The notes beneath the pieces were generated by a model. It saw nothing but the letters and a program-made list of their open reading frames with translations, was not told the DNA's origin and searched no databases. A stretch of DNA of 61,143 nucleotides, the filler included, from Sphacelaria rigidula (Eukaryota): assembly GCA_964200075.2 (NCBI GenBank). It is 9 parts of 9 records of this genome, joined end to end, with 100 filler letters (N's around TTAATTAATTAA, not from the genome) between each part and the next. Parts side by side here need not be neighbours in the genome. Positions count along the whole stretch, not along the records: positions 20,416 to 27,120 come from CAXNAA020018501.1; positions 27,221 to 33,925 come from CAXNAA020018502.1; positions 34,026 to 40,730 come from CAXNAA020018503.1; 6 more parts are not named here. The stretch is one strand, 5' to 3'. The position numbers and the translations under genes were made by a program. Below are positions 22,924 through 35,699 of the stretch, piece by piece (the first letter of the stretch is position 1; each line of letters starts with the position of its first letter).

Positions 22924-25900
22924 ATGTCGACTACCGAGGTACCGGAAATAGAGCCAGCGGAGGCGGCTGTAACCCCAGTCGTTCTAAGGGGAGAGTTGCG
23001 GCCGCCCAGTTACGGGAAAAATTATTTTGAGGGTGATCCTCGTTCGTTTTACACGAAATACGTGGAATTCAAGAGGAGGGTGGAGCATGCGAGTGCGGGG
23101 GGTGCGGTACGGTATCAGGTGGTTTTTATGGCGCAACTAGTGCCTACCCCCCTCCAACGCATCTTCGCGAGAAGGTTCCATGAAAAGCAGCAGCAGGGGC
23201 AGCGGCGTCAGCAGGGGTCCGGTTCTGGGTCCGGCTCAGCCGCAGGGGCTGCTGCTCCACAACGGGCGGTGCAGGTGGGACCGACCTCTCTAGTGCCGGG
23301 CTTCGTGCCGGCGCCGCCGGCAGCAGAGCAAGGCGAGACGCCTGCGGCAGAGCCGACCGGTTTTCAGATGAAATTTGGATCTGCTGCTGCGTCGGCCAGA
23401 GTACCGCTGCAATTTGTTTCTGCGGGCGGGGCTTCGTACCCGCCGGCGGTGCCGGTGACCCCAGCGGGGGCGTCCATGCCTGCACCGCACGCGCAGCCGT
23501 GGCGCCAAGTGGGGATCACGAACAATAAGTCAGCGGAGCAGGTGCCGGTCGGGTATCGAGGCAAATATATTCCTGCAGAGCTATATCTCCCGAATCACCG
23601 GGCGCAGGGATCCATTGCGGTAGAGGCTAAGTGCGATTCTGGCGCCTACTGGACGGGTCATGTGAGTCTGTCGGTACAGATTGTAGAGATGTTGGAGCGT
23701 CTTCTCTCGGGTGTGCCGCTGCGCACTCCGTTTTCGCTCGGGGCGCGGCAGGCCGTCACAGCGTCGGGTCAGCATGTTCACATCACAGAGCGTACTGTTC
23801 CGCTGCAGCTGACTTTGATGACTTCCTGGTGGCCGGCGCAGTTGCCTCCGATCTCGTTTGCGATCATGCCGGGGTCAGATGGTGTTATTCCTCTGGGGTT
23901 GCCGATGATTCAGGATATTGGAATCAACGCTCGGCGGTTGTGGGACTCCATGAAGACGCGGATGTCTCCGCCTGGTCCACGCTTGGAGACGCCCGCCGTT
24001 TTGGGCAGTCATCGCGTGAGCTTGTCGATGGATGCTTTCCAGGAGGGTGGAGTGCACGTGACCGAGGAGCGGGATGCGGCGGTGGAACGCTGAGTAGAGC
24101 GTGGCCCGGAGATATTTATTGATCCGGCGGAAGAGGAGTCCGCTCGGAAAGTCGCTCTAGGGGAGAGCGTGACGGATGCTGGGGCGAACAACCTCAGCGT
24201 CTCAAAAGCGGAGGGTTAGTGCCGAGATAGCCCCCCCACAAAAGGTGCACCGGAGACCGTCCGACAAACCAGCTGCGATCCCACTATGGGCTCGTTTGCA
24301 GCAATCTCGTCCACATGAGAGGCGTGTGGCAGTCCGAAATCAGCTATAACGCCCAAATGAGTCGCGTCGTGCATCACAAAACCAGCTCGAACGGCATTTA
24401 TATCCATCGCCTCCATGCACTTTTTCGGCCGGTTCGGGGGGGGGGGGGCATCTCGGCAGCAGTCGGAGCGCCGGCGCGGCATATTGCATTGCCGCGTCAA
24501 CGCGTTTCGTCGTATGCTGCGGAGTGATCCCACTGCGCGCGAGGAGCCCAGGCGTGTTCAGCCAAAACCTGGGACGGCCGCGGTGAAGGCAAAACCGAGG
24601 AGGTATGATCCGGTAAAGTCCAGTTGGTTTGCTTCTTGCATGGGAGCTCTAGTAGTGTTTAGGTTGGTGTTCAGGAATTTACAGGCGGTGTGGTCCAGTC
24701 CAGCGATGACGGTGCCGAAGAAGGACTCTTTCCGTCTTGTCAGCGATTACGGAGCCGTCACTGATCAGGTGGAGAAGTCGCCAGGTGTCATGCCCAATCA
24801 GGAATCCGACATGATAGACCTGTTGAGTGCGCGATGTTTCGGTAAGTTGGACTTCTTACAGGGATACTGGCAGATGCCGTTGACCGAAGAGGCGCAAGAG
24901 ATATTCACAATCACGACTCCGTTTGGCATGTTTACCCCGCGACGAGTACCGTAAGGCGTGTTGAATGCTACTTCCTATTTTCAAGGTGTCATGGTAGACC
25001 TTTTAGATGGCTTGAAATGCAAGGTTTGGGTGGATTATGTATTTTTCTTCGCGGATACGGAAGACGAACTGTTGGATACGCTTGATGCTATCTTGGCTCG
25101 CTTAAAGAGTGTTGGTCTGTTTGCAGGTGCCCACAAGCGTACCTTTTTTGCTGGTGAACTAGTGTGGTGTGGGAAAGTATACTCACACGGACACGTCTCC
25201 CCTGACCCGGTCCGCTTGCAAGGTTTGTCTGCCATGCGGCTTCCAGAAACAGCAGCAGAACTAATGCAATTCCTGCACGCACTGAACTGGTTGCGTAGCT
25301 CGTTGCCACACTTGGCCGAAGTAGTGGCACCCTTGCGCGTTTTCCTAGAAGAACTAATGGGGGAGGGCTGTGAGGCGCACGAAGCGGGTGGCCAAAAATC
25401 GCGTTATTCCACCCGCCTCGTGGACGGAGGACAGGCTGCAGGCGTGGGCGGCAGCGAAGGGTCTGGTGGCTCATGCCGTGACGCTGTTCCATCCCCGCCC
25501 CGGTCGCGAGGTGCTGATGTTTCCGGATGCATCCGAGTGTCACTGGGGTAGCTCTGTAACGCAGGTGCCTGATGCTGAAATGCAACAACGGTTGCCGGTT
25601 GAAGACATGACGCATGAACCGCTGGCTTTTCTGAGTGGTAATTTCAAAGCTTTACAGATGCCTTGGGCAGCTATTGACAAGGAAGGTTTTGCTATCGTGA
25701 GCACTTTTCGTCGTCTTGAGCATCTATTGTGGAATGGCGTACACATTTTCACGGATCACCGAAATCTAGCGTACATTTTTAACCCAGAGGCATGCGTGAC
25801 GTCTGTCTAGAAGGCGTCGGCACAGCGATTGGAGGGGTGGAAAGGTGTATTAGGACAGTATCGGTACACGATTTGTCATATTTCGAGTGAGCGCAACGCG

Positions 25901-27120
25901 TGGGGTGACTTGCTGTCGCGCTGGGTAAATACTCCCACTTTGCCTGCGCGCGCTGTGGCTGTGTATGGTCCGTGCAAACCTGATGACTCGATGCCGTCCA
26001 AATCTGTTGTCCGCCAAGCGCAACGAAAAGACCTTGGGGTCGAGGATGCGGATGTGCAATCTTTCGAGTCGGACGTTGGTACTGCTATTTTGGACAATGG
26101 AGGTCTGTTTCGTGTGCATGTGCGTGGCCGAAACGTTTTGTGGATTCTGAGTTCTCACAAGCAGTTGTAGGTACGTCTGATGATCTTCGAGCACATGCGC
26201 GACGCCGGGCATTGTGGTATGGCTGCGACGCTCGTGCGCCTGCAAGAGTTGTGTGTCTGGCAGGGGATATAAACTAGTGTGCGCGAATTTGTCCGCCAGT
26301 GTCTTCACTGTGCTGAGTCGAGGGCGGGCGATGTTGTTCCCCGCCCGCTCGGTGAAACGGTCTATGGGACCACGCCGAATGAAGTCGTTCATTTTGACTT
26401 CTTGCACGTGGGCGAGAGTGGCCCGCTAGCTTTCCAAGGTTTGTCGGAGGATGCTGGGATCCGACATATTTTGCTAATCATGGGTGATTTACGCAACTTT
26501 GTGGCTCTGGAACCAGTAGCAGTGTGTACTGCTGAATCGACTGCTGCGTCTATGCTGAACTGGTGCAAACCTTTGGGGGTGCCCCGTGTGTGGATGAGTG
26601 ATACCGCCACGCATTTCAAGAATGCGATCTTGGCTCGGTTGCGAGAGTCTTCGCGCGTTGATCACCGGTTTGAGGTAGAGTATTCTCCATGGTCTCACGG
26701 TACGTGCGAACGCATGGTACAGGAAGTAGTTCGTGCTCTTCGTTCTATTCTTCTCGAGCAGCGTCGAGAGGTGACCGAGTGGGTGGGCCCGCTGCGTAAT
26801 GGGCGCTAAATACAGCGTATCGCCGTCGGTACGATAGTACGCCGTATCACGTGATGTTTGGCCGTGCCCCTCGGACGTCTTTCTCGGTGCTGGCGTCCTC
26901 GTCGGCGGGGGAATGGAAGTGTGATGTTCTGGACGATGTTCAAATTAAGAGTGCATTGAAAGGAGTCTTGGACTTGCAAGAACGTTTCCACGTTCAAGTG
27001 CAGGAGCGTGTTGCAGCTGAACGTGCGCGTAGACGTGAGGGGTCTTCGTCGGGGCTGAAATTGCCGAATTTCGAGGTAGGCGATTACGTTTTGTATACAC
27101 ACGGGCATCGCCCGGGAGTT
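22924..27120 (+). mobile_element. Decayed Ty3/Gypsy LTR retrotransposon gag-pol (gag, protease, RT, RNase H, integrase), truncated at the scaffold end
   Basis: Protease CDSGA at about 23632. RT motifs WSSP, FRLVSDY, KLDFLQGYWQ, RVP*GVLNA and WVDYV (degenerate YxDD). RNase H motifs FPDAS, DKEGFAI and FTDHRNL. Integrase H..GH..CxxC, VVHFDF, SDTATHF and GTCERM. Domain order RT-RH-INT indicates Gypsy. Several stops and frameshifts. Confidence 0.95.
24214..24464. mobile_element. ~250-bp MITE, copy 2, nested in Gypsy pol, 4-bp TSD GGAG
   Basis: Ends GGTTAGTGCCGAGATAGCCCCCC and GGGGGGCATCTCGGCAGCAGTC. GGAG at 24210-24213 and 24465-24468. Removing the element plus one TSD rejoins ...SVSKAE/RRRGILH... 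in frame. Confidence 0.88.
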
Positions 27121-27295
27121 NNNNNNNNNNNNNNNNNNNNNNNNNNNNNNNNNNNNNNNNNNNNTTAATTAATTAANNNNNNNNNNNNNNNNNNNNNNNN
27201 NNNNNNNNNNNNNNNNNNNNGGACACGTCTCAGGCGGTGGGGTTTGTTGGGTTGTGGTAAGGCAGGTTGAGGTGTACGCTGTTAAGTTTGTTAGT

Positions 27296-27530
27296 GGGGG
27301 GGGGGCGTACTCATTTGTTGCTTGCCTTAGTCGTTTGACCCTTGACCACATGCATGCCATAATCATAAGACCATTGACCTCGCACCCCTACAAAGCCGGG
27401 ACGGAGCACATCGCTTCATCGCCGGACCAGGGTCTCACTCAATCACCAAACGCGAAGCGCCGTGGTGTGCTCGACAAGTCGCATGAAGGGTGAGCTGCAC
27501 CCTGACAAAATCATTCAGGGGGGGGGGGGG
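27296..27530 (-). mobile_element. Family A 3' end fused to a family B 3' fragment (non-LTR ends)
   Basis: G-run plus CGTACTCATTTGTTGCTTGCCTTAGTCG (family A), then ATGCATGCC..GACCATTGACCTCGCACCCCTACAAAGCCGGGACGGAGCAC (family B, as at 47410, 54440 and 55520). Confidence 0.7.
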
Positions 27531-27575
27531 TGCTTTTGGTCCAGATGTTACGAACACATGGAAAACTTGTTTAAT

Positions 27576-27880
27576 TTATTTGACAGATTGATTGTTGCAC
27601 TTCAACTGACCCCTCAGGGGTCCAGTCGTGGTCACATGATAGCCGTACCCGACAAAAACAAGACTGAAACGCTCGCTTAAGGAGAAGGAACAGAAAAAGA
27701 AGTCGAATAGAACAACATAGTAGACTAAGACGTGACAAAAAAAAAAAAGTAAAGCACAGAAAGAAATGATCGATCTGGAACAAAAAAAAGGAAAAGACGA
27801 GGGAAGAAATAGCAAAAAAAAATGAGAAATTGGGATGAGAAATAAAATAAAAATGAAAAAGCAAAAAATAAAAACATGGT
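27576..27880 (-). repeat. Dispersed repeat family C copy
   Basis: Reverse complement of the 8020-8183 sequence (CAACTGACCCCTCAGGGGTCCAGTCGTGGTCACATGATAGCCGTACCC). Confidence 0.65.
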
Positions 27881-29784
27881 AGCTCATTTTTCCTTTGTCT
27901 CACCTCTAACCTCCCCCTTGGTTCTCCGTCTCGAAATGGATGCGTGGTTAATGGTCGAATGACGAAGACAAGCAACAAATAAGAACGCCCTCCACCCCTT
28001 CCTCGGGATGACTTCCGTGGTGTCAAGTCTCGATGGATCAACCCATCTCCCCCCAGTACTGTGCATGCCTCGCAATTTGGTCTCGCGGATTGGATCATGA
28101 CCAGGCACTACCGCACCGCGTCAACTGTCGCCCAATAAACTCAGTCGAGCAAACTCTTTCTGCTCATCACGCCCTCTCGCATTTTCGACGGCAGAAATCA
28201 GATATTTCGGGGCAAAATCGGCCAAAATGGAAGCATCTGGCAGGAGTTGAACCCGCGGGCGTTTCTGCCAACCGAATGGTGCCCATTGTACCACTAGACC
28301 ACCAGAACGGAATTACGCAGATTTTTAGCGTGACTTGAGCAACAGCCGGTGCCCGAAAGACTTTACCCAACTGAAAATATGTATCAAGATAACCGTGTTG
28401 ATTAGATGACGGTGTAGCAACAGCAGCACTGTACTACCCGTATGTCTCGGTTAGGAGAGGATGGTATGCTTTCATGTCGTCAGTGTTCCAGGAAGTTATA
28501 TTTGGATGATTTGTTGAGCTGTATTTCACGAACGGACCACGGGAATGTGGCTCTGGAGCGGACAGGAGACAGATCATGACTCGTGGGCAGTCGTGATCGG
28601 CTGGTGCGCCATGCCCTCCGCCATTCACTCCTTTCCTACTCCTCTCTCCACCCATTTCCCTCCGTTTGGATGACAACAAAAATAAACATTTCAAACACAC
28701 CATCTCCGTCTACCTGACACATACACTGCAACGGGCACTATTTTGTCTGGGCACACAGCACGGGGCTGCTGTTCCCACTGTACACCGCCATCTGTTCAAC
28801 ACCATCCTCTGGATACGTTAACAAGAACTTCAAGCTCAACTCGCTACTCTGACATGGCGGAACCAAGACAAAGTACTCTGAAGAACTCAAGACACTACTC
28901 GAGACGCAGGCAAGGGAAGGGCCTTCGAAGCAAGACCGTCGCACATTAAGACCGGTCCGGAGAATCTTGACGGACTGACTGCAAGAGGGGCCCGTCGGGG
29001 GAGACCAGCCCACATATTCTGAACATGTCGGGGCTGAGGAGCGGGCAGGATCCGCTTCCGGTCATAAAAATGCAGTCATCATCGATGGCCTGCCGCCAGC
29101 TGTCGGTGAGGTTGAGGGTGCAAGGGGCAGCAGTCTCGCGGTAGCAAGTAAGCAGCATCAAAACCGCTGTTCTCAAGCTGTGCAGCAGTCCAAGATTCTC
29201 CTTTATGGAACAGACGTTTAGAGGGGTGTGTGCCCTGTCGAATGACTGTATGCAGGCCTTTCACGACTGTAACTGGCATGCCGGTAGGTGATCCCTCCGC
29301 GACTTCCCGATGTTTGCTGGATCAAGCTTCTAGTGGGGAAAGCATAAGACGAGCCCGAGCCCGTATGGCGTGGACGTGTTCAATAGAGAGCATTACGGAT
29401 CGCGAGGTGCTCCGCAGAGTGTTTGACGCCAACTCCCGTAGTGCAGGTTGGCGTTTGTTGTACAACTAGTGCTTGTCGACAACCCTCTACCATACTGGTG
29501 CAGAGGAAAACCTCGACAGCACCCTACAAGGGGTGCAGGTGAGGAGGTCGTGCAAGAGGCAAAGATCGTGGACCGCCTTATCGTGTTGGGTTTCTCCTCT
29601 TTCCATTTTTGTTTATTTTTCCCTCCTCATGTTTTCCCTTGAATTTCCCCTTCGGCATATGGCTTCGTTCCCTTGCGTAAAACCATCGGAGAAATATGTC
29701 TGTACGAAACAGTTTCATATGCGAAGAACAATGAAGCGAACAGCCCGCGAGTGAATCAATTACTCGGTAATTCAATAAACCAAT

Positions 29785-30047
29785 CAAGGGTCGGGCGATA
29801 TGATGATTCGTTCGAAAATTACTTGATTTGAGTGTCATTGATTCGTACCGTACCAATCAATCCTTGGGCTTTGTTACCCAGCGTTGCAACCCAGGCACGC
29901 GCAGCCCAGGCACGTGTAATGGCGCAAAAATTACGTCGAAACGTTCTTGACCAGCGGTCAACTTTTGTTTTCTCTTTTTTCGAGCAACCAGGCCTGAAAA
30001 ATTGTGGATTTGGTGATTCGAACCGGCGATGATTCGTCTGGACCGTG
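29785..30047. mobile_element. MITE with CA...TG ends, internal TGATTCG motifs and 8-bp TSD AAACCAAT
   Basis: AAACCAAT at 29777-29784 and 30048-30055. Imperfect TIRs CAAGGGTCGGGCGA and (reverse complement) CACGGTCCAGACGA. Confidence 0.65.
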
Positions 30048-30461
30048 AAACCAATGAATGAATCAACCAACCCATGAATCAATCAATGCATCCATCCATC
30101 TATCGATCCATCAATCCGTCAGGGCGTGCCTTAGCACATTGTTCTTTAATCGAAAATGCGCTGTGGAAAATATGAACACCGATCTCACAGGTCGTGACTT
30201 CAACCATCGTAATATTATATTAGAGCATAGTTGAAATCACCACCTGTATACGTATCAGATCGGACTTTTGTTTTTCCCCCGCACTTTTTTCGATCGAAAA
30301 AAAAAGGGCGAAGGCATGGCCTCAGACAATCAAAGCATCAACCGATGCACGAACCAACCAACCAGCCGGTCACTCGAGCAACCCATCAACTAACCCTGCA
30401 AAACAAGTAACCAAAGGATCAACGCGAGTACAGGCACAAACCAACCCAACTCCCTTCTCAC

Positions 30462-33104
30462 TTTCACTCCCTTCGTGCGCCGGTCCATCTTGAACCCGAC
30501 CAGCCCGGCTCCGGTAGCTCCAAACACGGTCGCCATCCACGTGGTCGTTGCAAACGTTGACAGGGTAGCAGCGGCGGTCGTCCCAATAATAGAACTACTC
30601 GCCGTGATGCCGGCCGCCACCGCAGGAGCCGCGAGACCCCCCGTTACAGCTAGCAAAGCGCCGCCGCCGATCATAGCGGCACCGATTTTCAGGCCGCGCC
30701 AGCGATCGCCGCGGAGCTCTCGTTCCCGCTCGCGGGTGACACGCTCGTAGACCTTTCGCGCTAGCGTGCTTTCCACCTCGGAGACTCTGGGGTGCCATGG
30801 AATCTGCATGGCATCGCACACTCGCCGGAATACAATCCTGTGGATGTAGAAATGCGGTGGAGTAGTGAGTGCCACGGTAGGGGTACACAAAATATTCCTG
30901 GGGGTTTGATTTGTTTGGAGCCGTTGACCTCATCCAAAACAACACCTATGAGTTATGTGAACGCACGCCACGATCAGCATTATGGTGGACTAGAGAACGT
31001 CTCAATGGGCAAGAGATATCCTTGATGAATTTTGAAACGGGAATGTCCTGACCCATATCCTTGTATGGCTCCCAACTTTACGAGCCCTCTCAATGAGAAA
31101 GCATCTGGGCCCACATGTACAACCCGTACCGTAGCATGACTCACTGTATGTGTTTTGCCTTCAGTGTAAGCGTTTCTTGGGGTTGAGTCATACCGCAAGG
31201 AAGGGGTGGCGTGTCGGGGGAGGGAAGGGGAGGTCGGCAGGGTCGAAAATTAGAGTTTTATCGGGTGGTGGGTGAGCTCGGCAAGGAGACGACGTTGTGC
31301 GATCTTGCAGGTGTGCTTGACCAACAGTATGTCCCCAGCACGGATTGTACATCCATGTGGAATTAATATATTTTTTCACACATATGAAAAAAAAAAAAAA
31401 TGACGGGAGTCGACGCTGTGCGGGAGTGATACTACGGTAGGGGTTGAACTTTTTTCGCAAAAATGTTTCTCGGGATGTTGGACGGGTCATTTTGAGATTC
31501 GGCATCATTTTTACTTAAAAAAGACTGAAAATGATGCCGATTCACGAAAAGGCCCCTGCGTGCAAACTCCATGTTTCTGGGAGTCTGGTCCCCGGAGATT
31601 TGGGTTGTGCACAGCGTGCCCCATATATTTGGGCTCCTACAAAAAAGAGGCCCAGGAACAAAAAGTGCAACCCCTATTGTAGCATTGCTCGCGGGAGTAC
31701 CAAATGTGAAGGCGTGTGCGGTACTGGGATCGAGATGGGTTCATTGATGCCTTGACGGGAAGGACTCGTCCCGAGGGAGGGGAAGAGGTGGAAGTGAAAC
31801 AAAGCAGACAAGAAAAAATAGTATCTAGCCTCCTGACGAGGCGAAGCAACTCGAGTAATGAAACAATAACACGGATATGCGTGTGCTTTATCCCCGATAG
31901 TGAACTCGGTGTACAGAGGAGGTCGCAGGAGATGTTGCAAATTTTGCCCAAGACGTGTACTTTTTTGTTGCTATTGATGACGCCATAAACGAACACTCGA
32001 GCGATTGAATAATAACGCGGACACATGTCCAGAGAGGCGAGACCACCGCAGAGGCAGGGCTGAAATGGATATCAATGCGAACCTGTAGAGAGGGTAAACA
32101 ACAATTGATGATTGCTGCGGTGCTCCACGAAGTTGAGAGAGTGAGACATACAGTATCTGAACAGCTTCTTCGCCGCGCGTTCACTCAACGGCCTAATAAA
32201 CACCAACACCAACGGAATCAAGGGACGACAGCAGCGGCAGCAGCAGCAGAAGCAAGAACGGGACCACCACACCAGCAAGAACAACGACAACGTCAACAGC
32301 AAAAACTCTTGCCTAGTTCTGGCATCGCAGTCGCAGCGCAGGGCAACGATAACACCACCACCACCACCACCAACAACAACAACACGCACACCACCCAAGA
32401 ACAACAACGACATCAGCAGCATTGAGCCTCACCTGGTTTTGGCATCTCAGCCGTAGTGCAGGGCAGCGATGACACCAACACCAACAATAACAACAACAAC
32501 AACAACAACCTAAAAACAGCAGCAACAGCAGCACTAAGCCTCACCTGGTTTTGGCATCTCAGCCGTAGTGCAGGGCAACGATGACACCAACACCAACAAC
32601 AAGACCTCCACCAACCTAAAAACAACAGCAGCACCAGCAGCACTTTAGCCTCACCTGGTTCTGGCATCGTAGCCGTAGTGCAGGGTAACGATGACACCAT
32701 CAGCAGCAACAATACCTCCACCGACCTAAAAACAACGGCAGCAACAGTAGCACTAAGCCTCACCTGGTTGTGGCATCGCAGCCGCAGTGCAGGGCAACGA
32801 TGACACCACCACCACCAACAACAACAATGCCTTCACGAACCCAAGAACAACAGCGGCAACGGTAGAACAAGCATCACCTGGTTCTGGCATCGTAGCCGCA
32901 GTGCAGGGCAACGATGACCATGAGATCTCGCAACACCACGAGACGACTCTCGCCCGAAGGCGGCAGGATGGACCTAAATGGGATTACCCTTTCCTCCCAG
33001 ACCTCTCTGCCGTGTACACCCGCCGCTCCAGGAGGCAAGTCCTGCATGGCACGCTCAGTCATTGGATAAAATCCCTCTGCCAAGTCCTGATCGAGGTCGA
33101 GAAA
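30462..33104 (-). CDS. DUF726 / TMCO4-like protein (two internal exons)
   Basis: Exons 33104-32878 and 30837-30462 join in phase 2 to give ...LRDLMVIVALHCGYDARTRIVFRRVCDAMQIPW...RWRGLKIGAAMIGGGALLAVTGGLAAPAVAAG...FGATGAGLVGFKMDRRTKGVK. YDAR and TGGLAAP are family motifs. Confidence 0.88.
31415..31700. repeat. Imperfect palindrome (foldback MITE-like) inside the DUF726 intron
   Basis: TAGGGGTTGAACTTTT versus AAAAGTGCAACCCCTA, and ATTCGGCATCATTTT versus AAAATGATGCCGATT, are inverted about 31520. Confidence 0.55.
32310..32920. repeat. ~110-120-bp tandem repeat (6 copies) containing the DUF726 exon end and its splice donor plus CAA/CAG tracts
   Basis: TCACCTGGTTCTGGCATCGTAGCCGCAGTGCAGGGCAACGATGAC or close variants at about 32874, 32760, 32651, 32541 and 32428, with a degenerate copy at 32311. 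Confidence 0.85.
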
Positions 33105-34069
33105 CTGCCAGACCAGAGGATACGCGACACGAGTTGTTCGGCCGGTGGGGAGGGGGTTATCTACTTGTTACTTACTTGCTTTATAATAGCCACTTGACCA
33201 TTGACCACGCATCCCGTTCTAGACGTGTTTTGCCGGGGGGTGAGGGGCGCGCTTTTTGTGCGGTATAATACACTTCGACTGTACAGCACAGTAGAATTGT
33301 CTGATTTTTTCCCCTTTTGAGGGTATAAGTTGACCTGACGTCACCGACAATCTGTGCCTGGGAGACTTGAACCCCTTCAAAGCTTGGGTCTGGACTCTAA
33401 CCCGCAGTAACATATATTCCCTTCAAACAGGGAGGGGGGGGGGGGTATTCAGCTCTAGCCCCGTGTTCATGTACTACTTTAGATTCTTAGATCGACCGCT
33501 GGAAAAATGCGAAATATTCCCGATCGAGGAAGTACGTGTTTGGTGGGAGTGGGGAGTGTTTTCAAGTAACAGATTGAATTAAAAGCGAAGTTACCCTCAT
33601 ACGAGTCACCATTCGTTTGAGATGATGAGTACGCAGCAGGACCTGCGAAGGAGCACTCAGTGCTTTGAATGATGTTGCTCGTCATACCAGAGATGCGCAG
33701 CAATTACTGACCAGTGCGGTGCGAGATTGGTACAAGCGACAGAAGCGCTCGCCTACGTTCGGAACTGCGACCTGAATAGCCAGTCAATTGCAGGCAGGTA
33801 CTGTGGTCAGCAAGAGCCTGACCCAATCCCCGATCCAGTATGTCAGGTTTGTACCGGGGGCGGAGGGGGGGGGGGGGGGGGGGGGGGCTCTTTTGTGTTG
33901 TTGGTTGTGGGTGTGAGTATGAACCNNNNNNNNNNNNNNNNNNNNNNNNNNNNNNNNNNNNNNNNNNNNTTAATTAATTAANNNNNNNNNNNNNNNNNNN
34001 NNNNNNNNNNNNNNNNNNNNNNNNNACTTCAGCCCCATATTTTGTATGAACCCCAAAATATAAAATCGG

Positions 34070-34322
34070 CTGTTCAATGATGACTATATAGGAGATAGAT
34101 GGTGGCCACAGACGACGAAACAGGACGGGGATAAGACATGCAAAAGGTTTTTGTATAATGTGTGGAAGAAACGTGATGAGCTGCGGAAGAAACGCAATGA
34201 GCGCCGGAATGTTGGAGGTGTCTCTTTTAGAAGTATGAACGGTGCTCCGTCTCGAAAGAGATGCGTGGTCAATGGTCATACGACTAAGGCAAGCAACAAA
34301 TGAGTACGCCTCTCCCCCCCAC
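34070..34322 (+). mobile_element. Family A non-LTR 3'-end fragment
   Basis: Near-colinear with 65-320 (AAACAGGACGGGGATAAGA...CGACTAAGGCAAGCAACAAATGAGTACG followed by a C-tract). Confidence 0.8.
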
Positions 34323-35699
34323 ACTCTCACGACGTCCGACCGATGCGTCACTGTGGGAAGCATTAGGAACTGTAGTCGCGAGGCCATGATTTTTCGCCGA
34401 TCCTACCCTACTCTTTGACAATCTAGTTCTGCGTGCGCAGTTTTGTTCGTATTTGTAAAGTTGCAGGATCGATCTCATGCATCGTAAGCAACATGTCCCT
34501 CTAAATATTGCACTCTGAAGATAGTCTGGGCGCATAGTGCCTGTTGGCGTCAAACTCTGAGCTCACAGTGCCATGCAACGCTAGACTCTCAACCTTGCGA
34601 GAACAATATCATAAGTCGTGATTTGGATGAGATAGAGGGCATGTAACATCTCGAAGATCGGAATATGTTTGTGCACCCCAATACCGTAGCACCACTCTAC
34701 ATATATATCTTGGGAGTTTGTTATCCCGCAATCACACATGCAACAACCAACTTTGTACGCCAGTAGGAACTACGTTACACACATGTGCATGCCGTTGTCT
34801 CTAGGAGTATGTTGGGGGGGATGATCACCGGAAAACTGAAATCATCGTATCCACACAAATTCCTCGAAATATTGTTGCATTCGTTCATCTACCGGTAGCC
34901 ATAGGTAAACGCTGCACGCCGTAAAATTCTGGGTTCCAATCACCGAAATTGCTGGACCCTAGGTAAAAACAAAATCTAAGTAACGTACGTGATCCTTCAG
35001 GATCACCAACATTCCCCAACATCGCCTTTTCACCTTGGACCCCAAAGTTTCGATTCTCCGAATCCAGATTCATTTCACGTGCAGTTGTCGCCAATGGCTG
35101 CCAGTACGTGAACGGATGCAACAATATGTCGACGAATTGGTGTGGATAATACACTTTTAACTTTCCGGGTAGTCATCTTCATTGCAAATTTCGATCCCTA
35201 TTTCGATGATCGGCGGCGATCGGTGTTACCAACGATGCCTGGCGGTTCACCCGCTGTGCAAAATCAAACTTTGACACAGTCTAATGCCTGGAGTCGATGC
35301 GCCCGGGTAGGCCGGGTCGCACAGTACTCCAAGACGTGAGGTGCAGGGTCATGTCTTCCACCTGATTCGTGTTCTCTGGGTCGTTTGATGAATAACGATG
35401 TTTGTCTTCACGTTCAACCGGCGATTTGCCCAAGGACATGGCCGGACTACTCGCCGTGTTCATGTGCACCCAAGGGCGCATCACACCAAGCACAACACAC
35501 TTCCTACCAACGTAAGGCACGGCTTATGAATACCTAGAGGAGGATACAACAACAGCCACGGTTACACATATACCTGCGCAATCCATCTGTACGATACACG
35601 TCTTTAACTTTCTGTACAGGTCAGATCCGTCTTGGGGCAGATGCGATGCCGCCGCAGCTCCCACAAGTTGCACTTTACTGGCGGCGTCCAGCGGCCCGG

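Noticed and set aside
32072..32763. Gln/Thr-rich and Cys-rich ORFs
   Set aside because: They derive from CAA/CAG tracts of the intronic tandem repeat.
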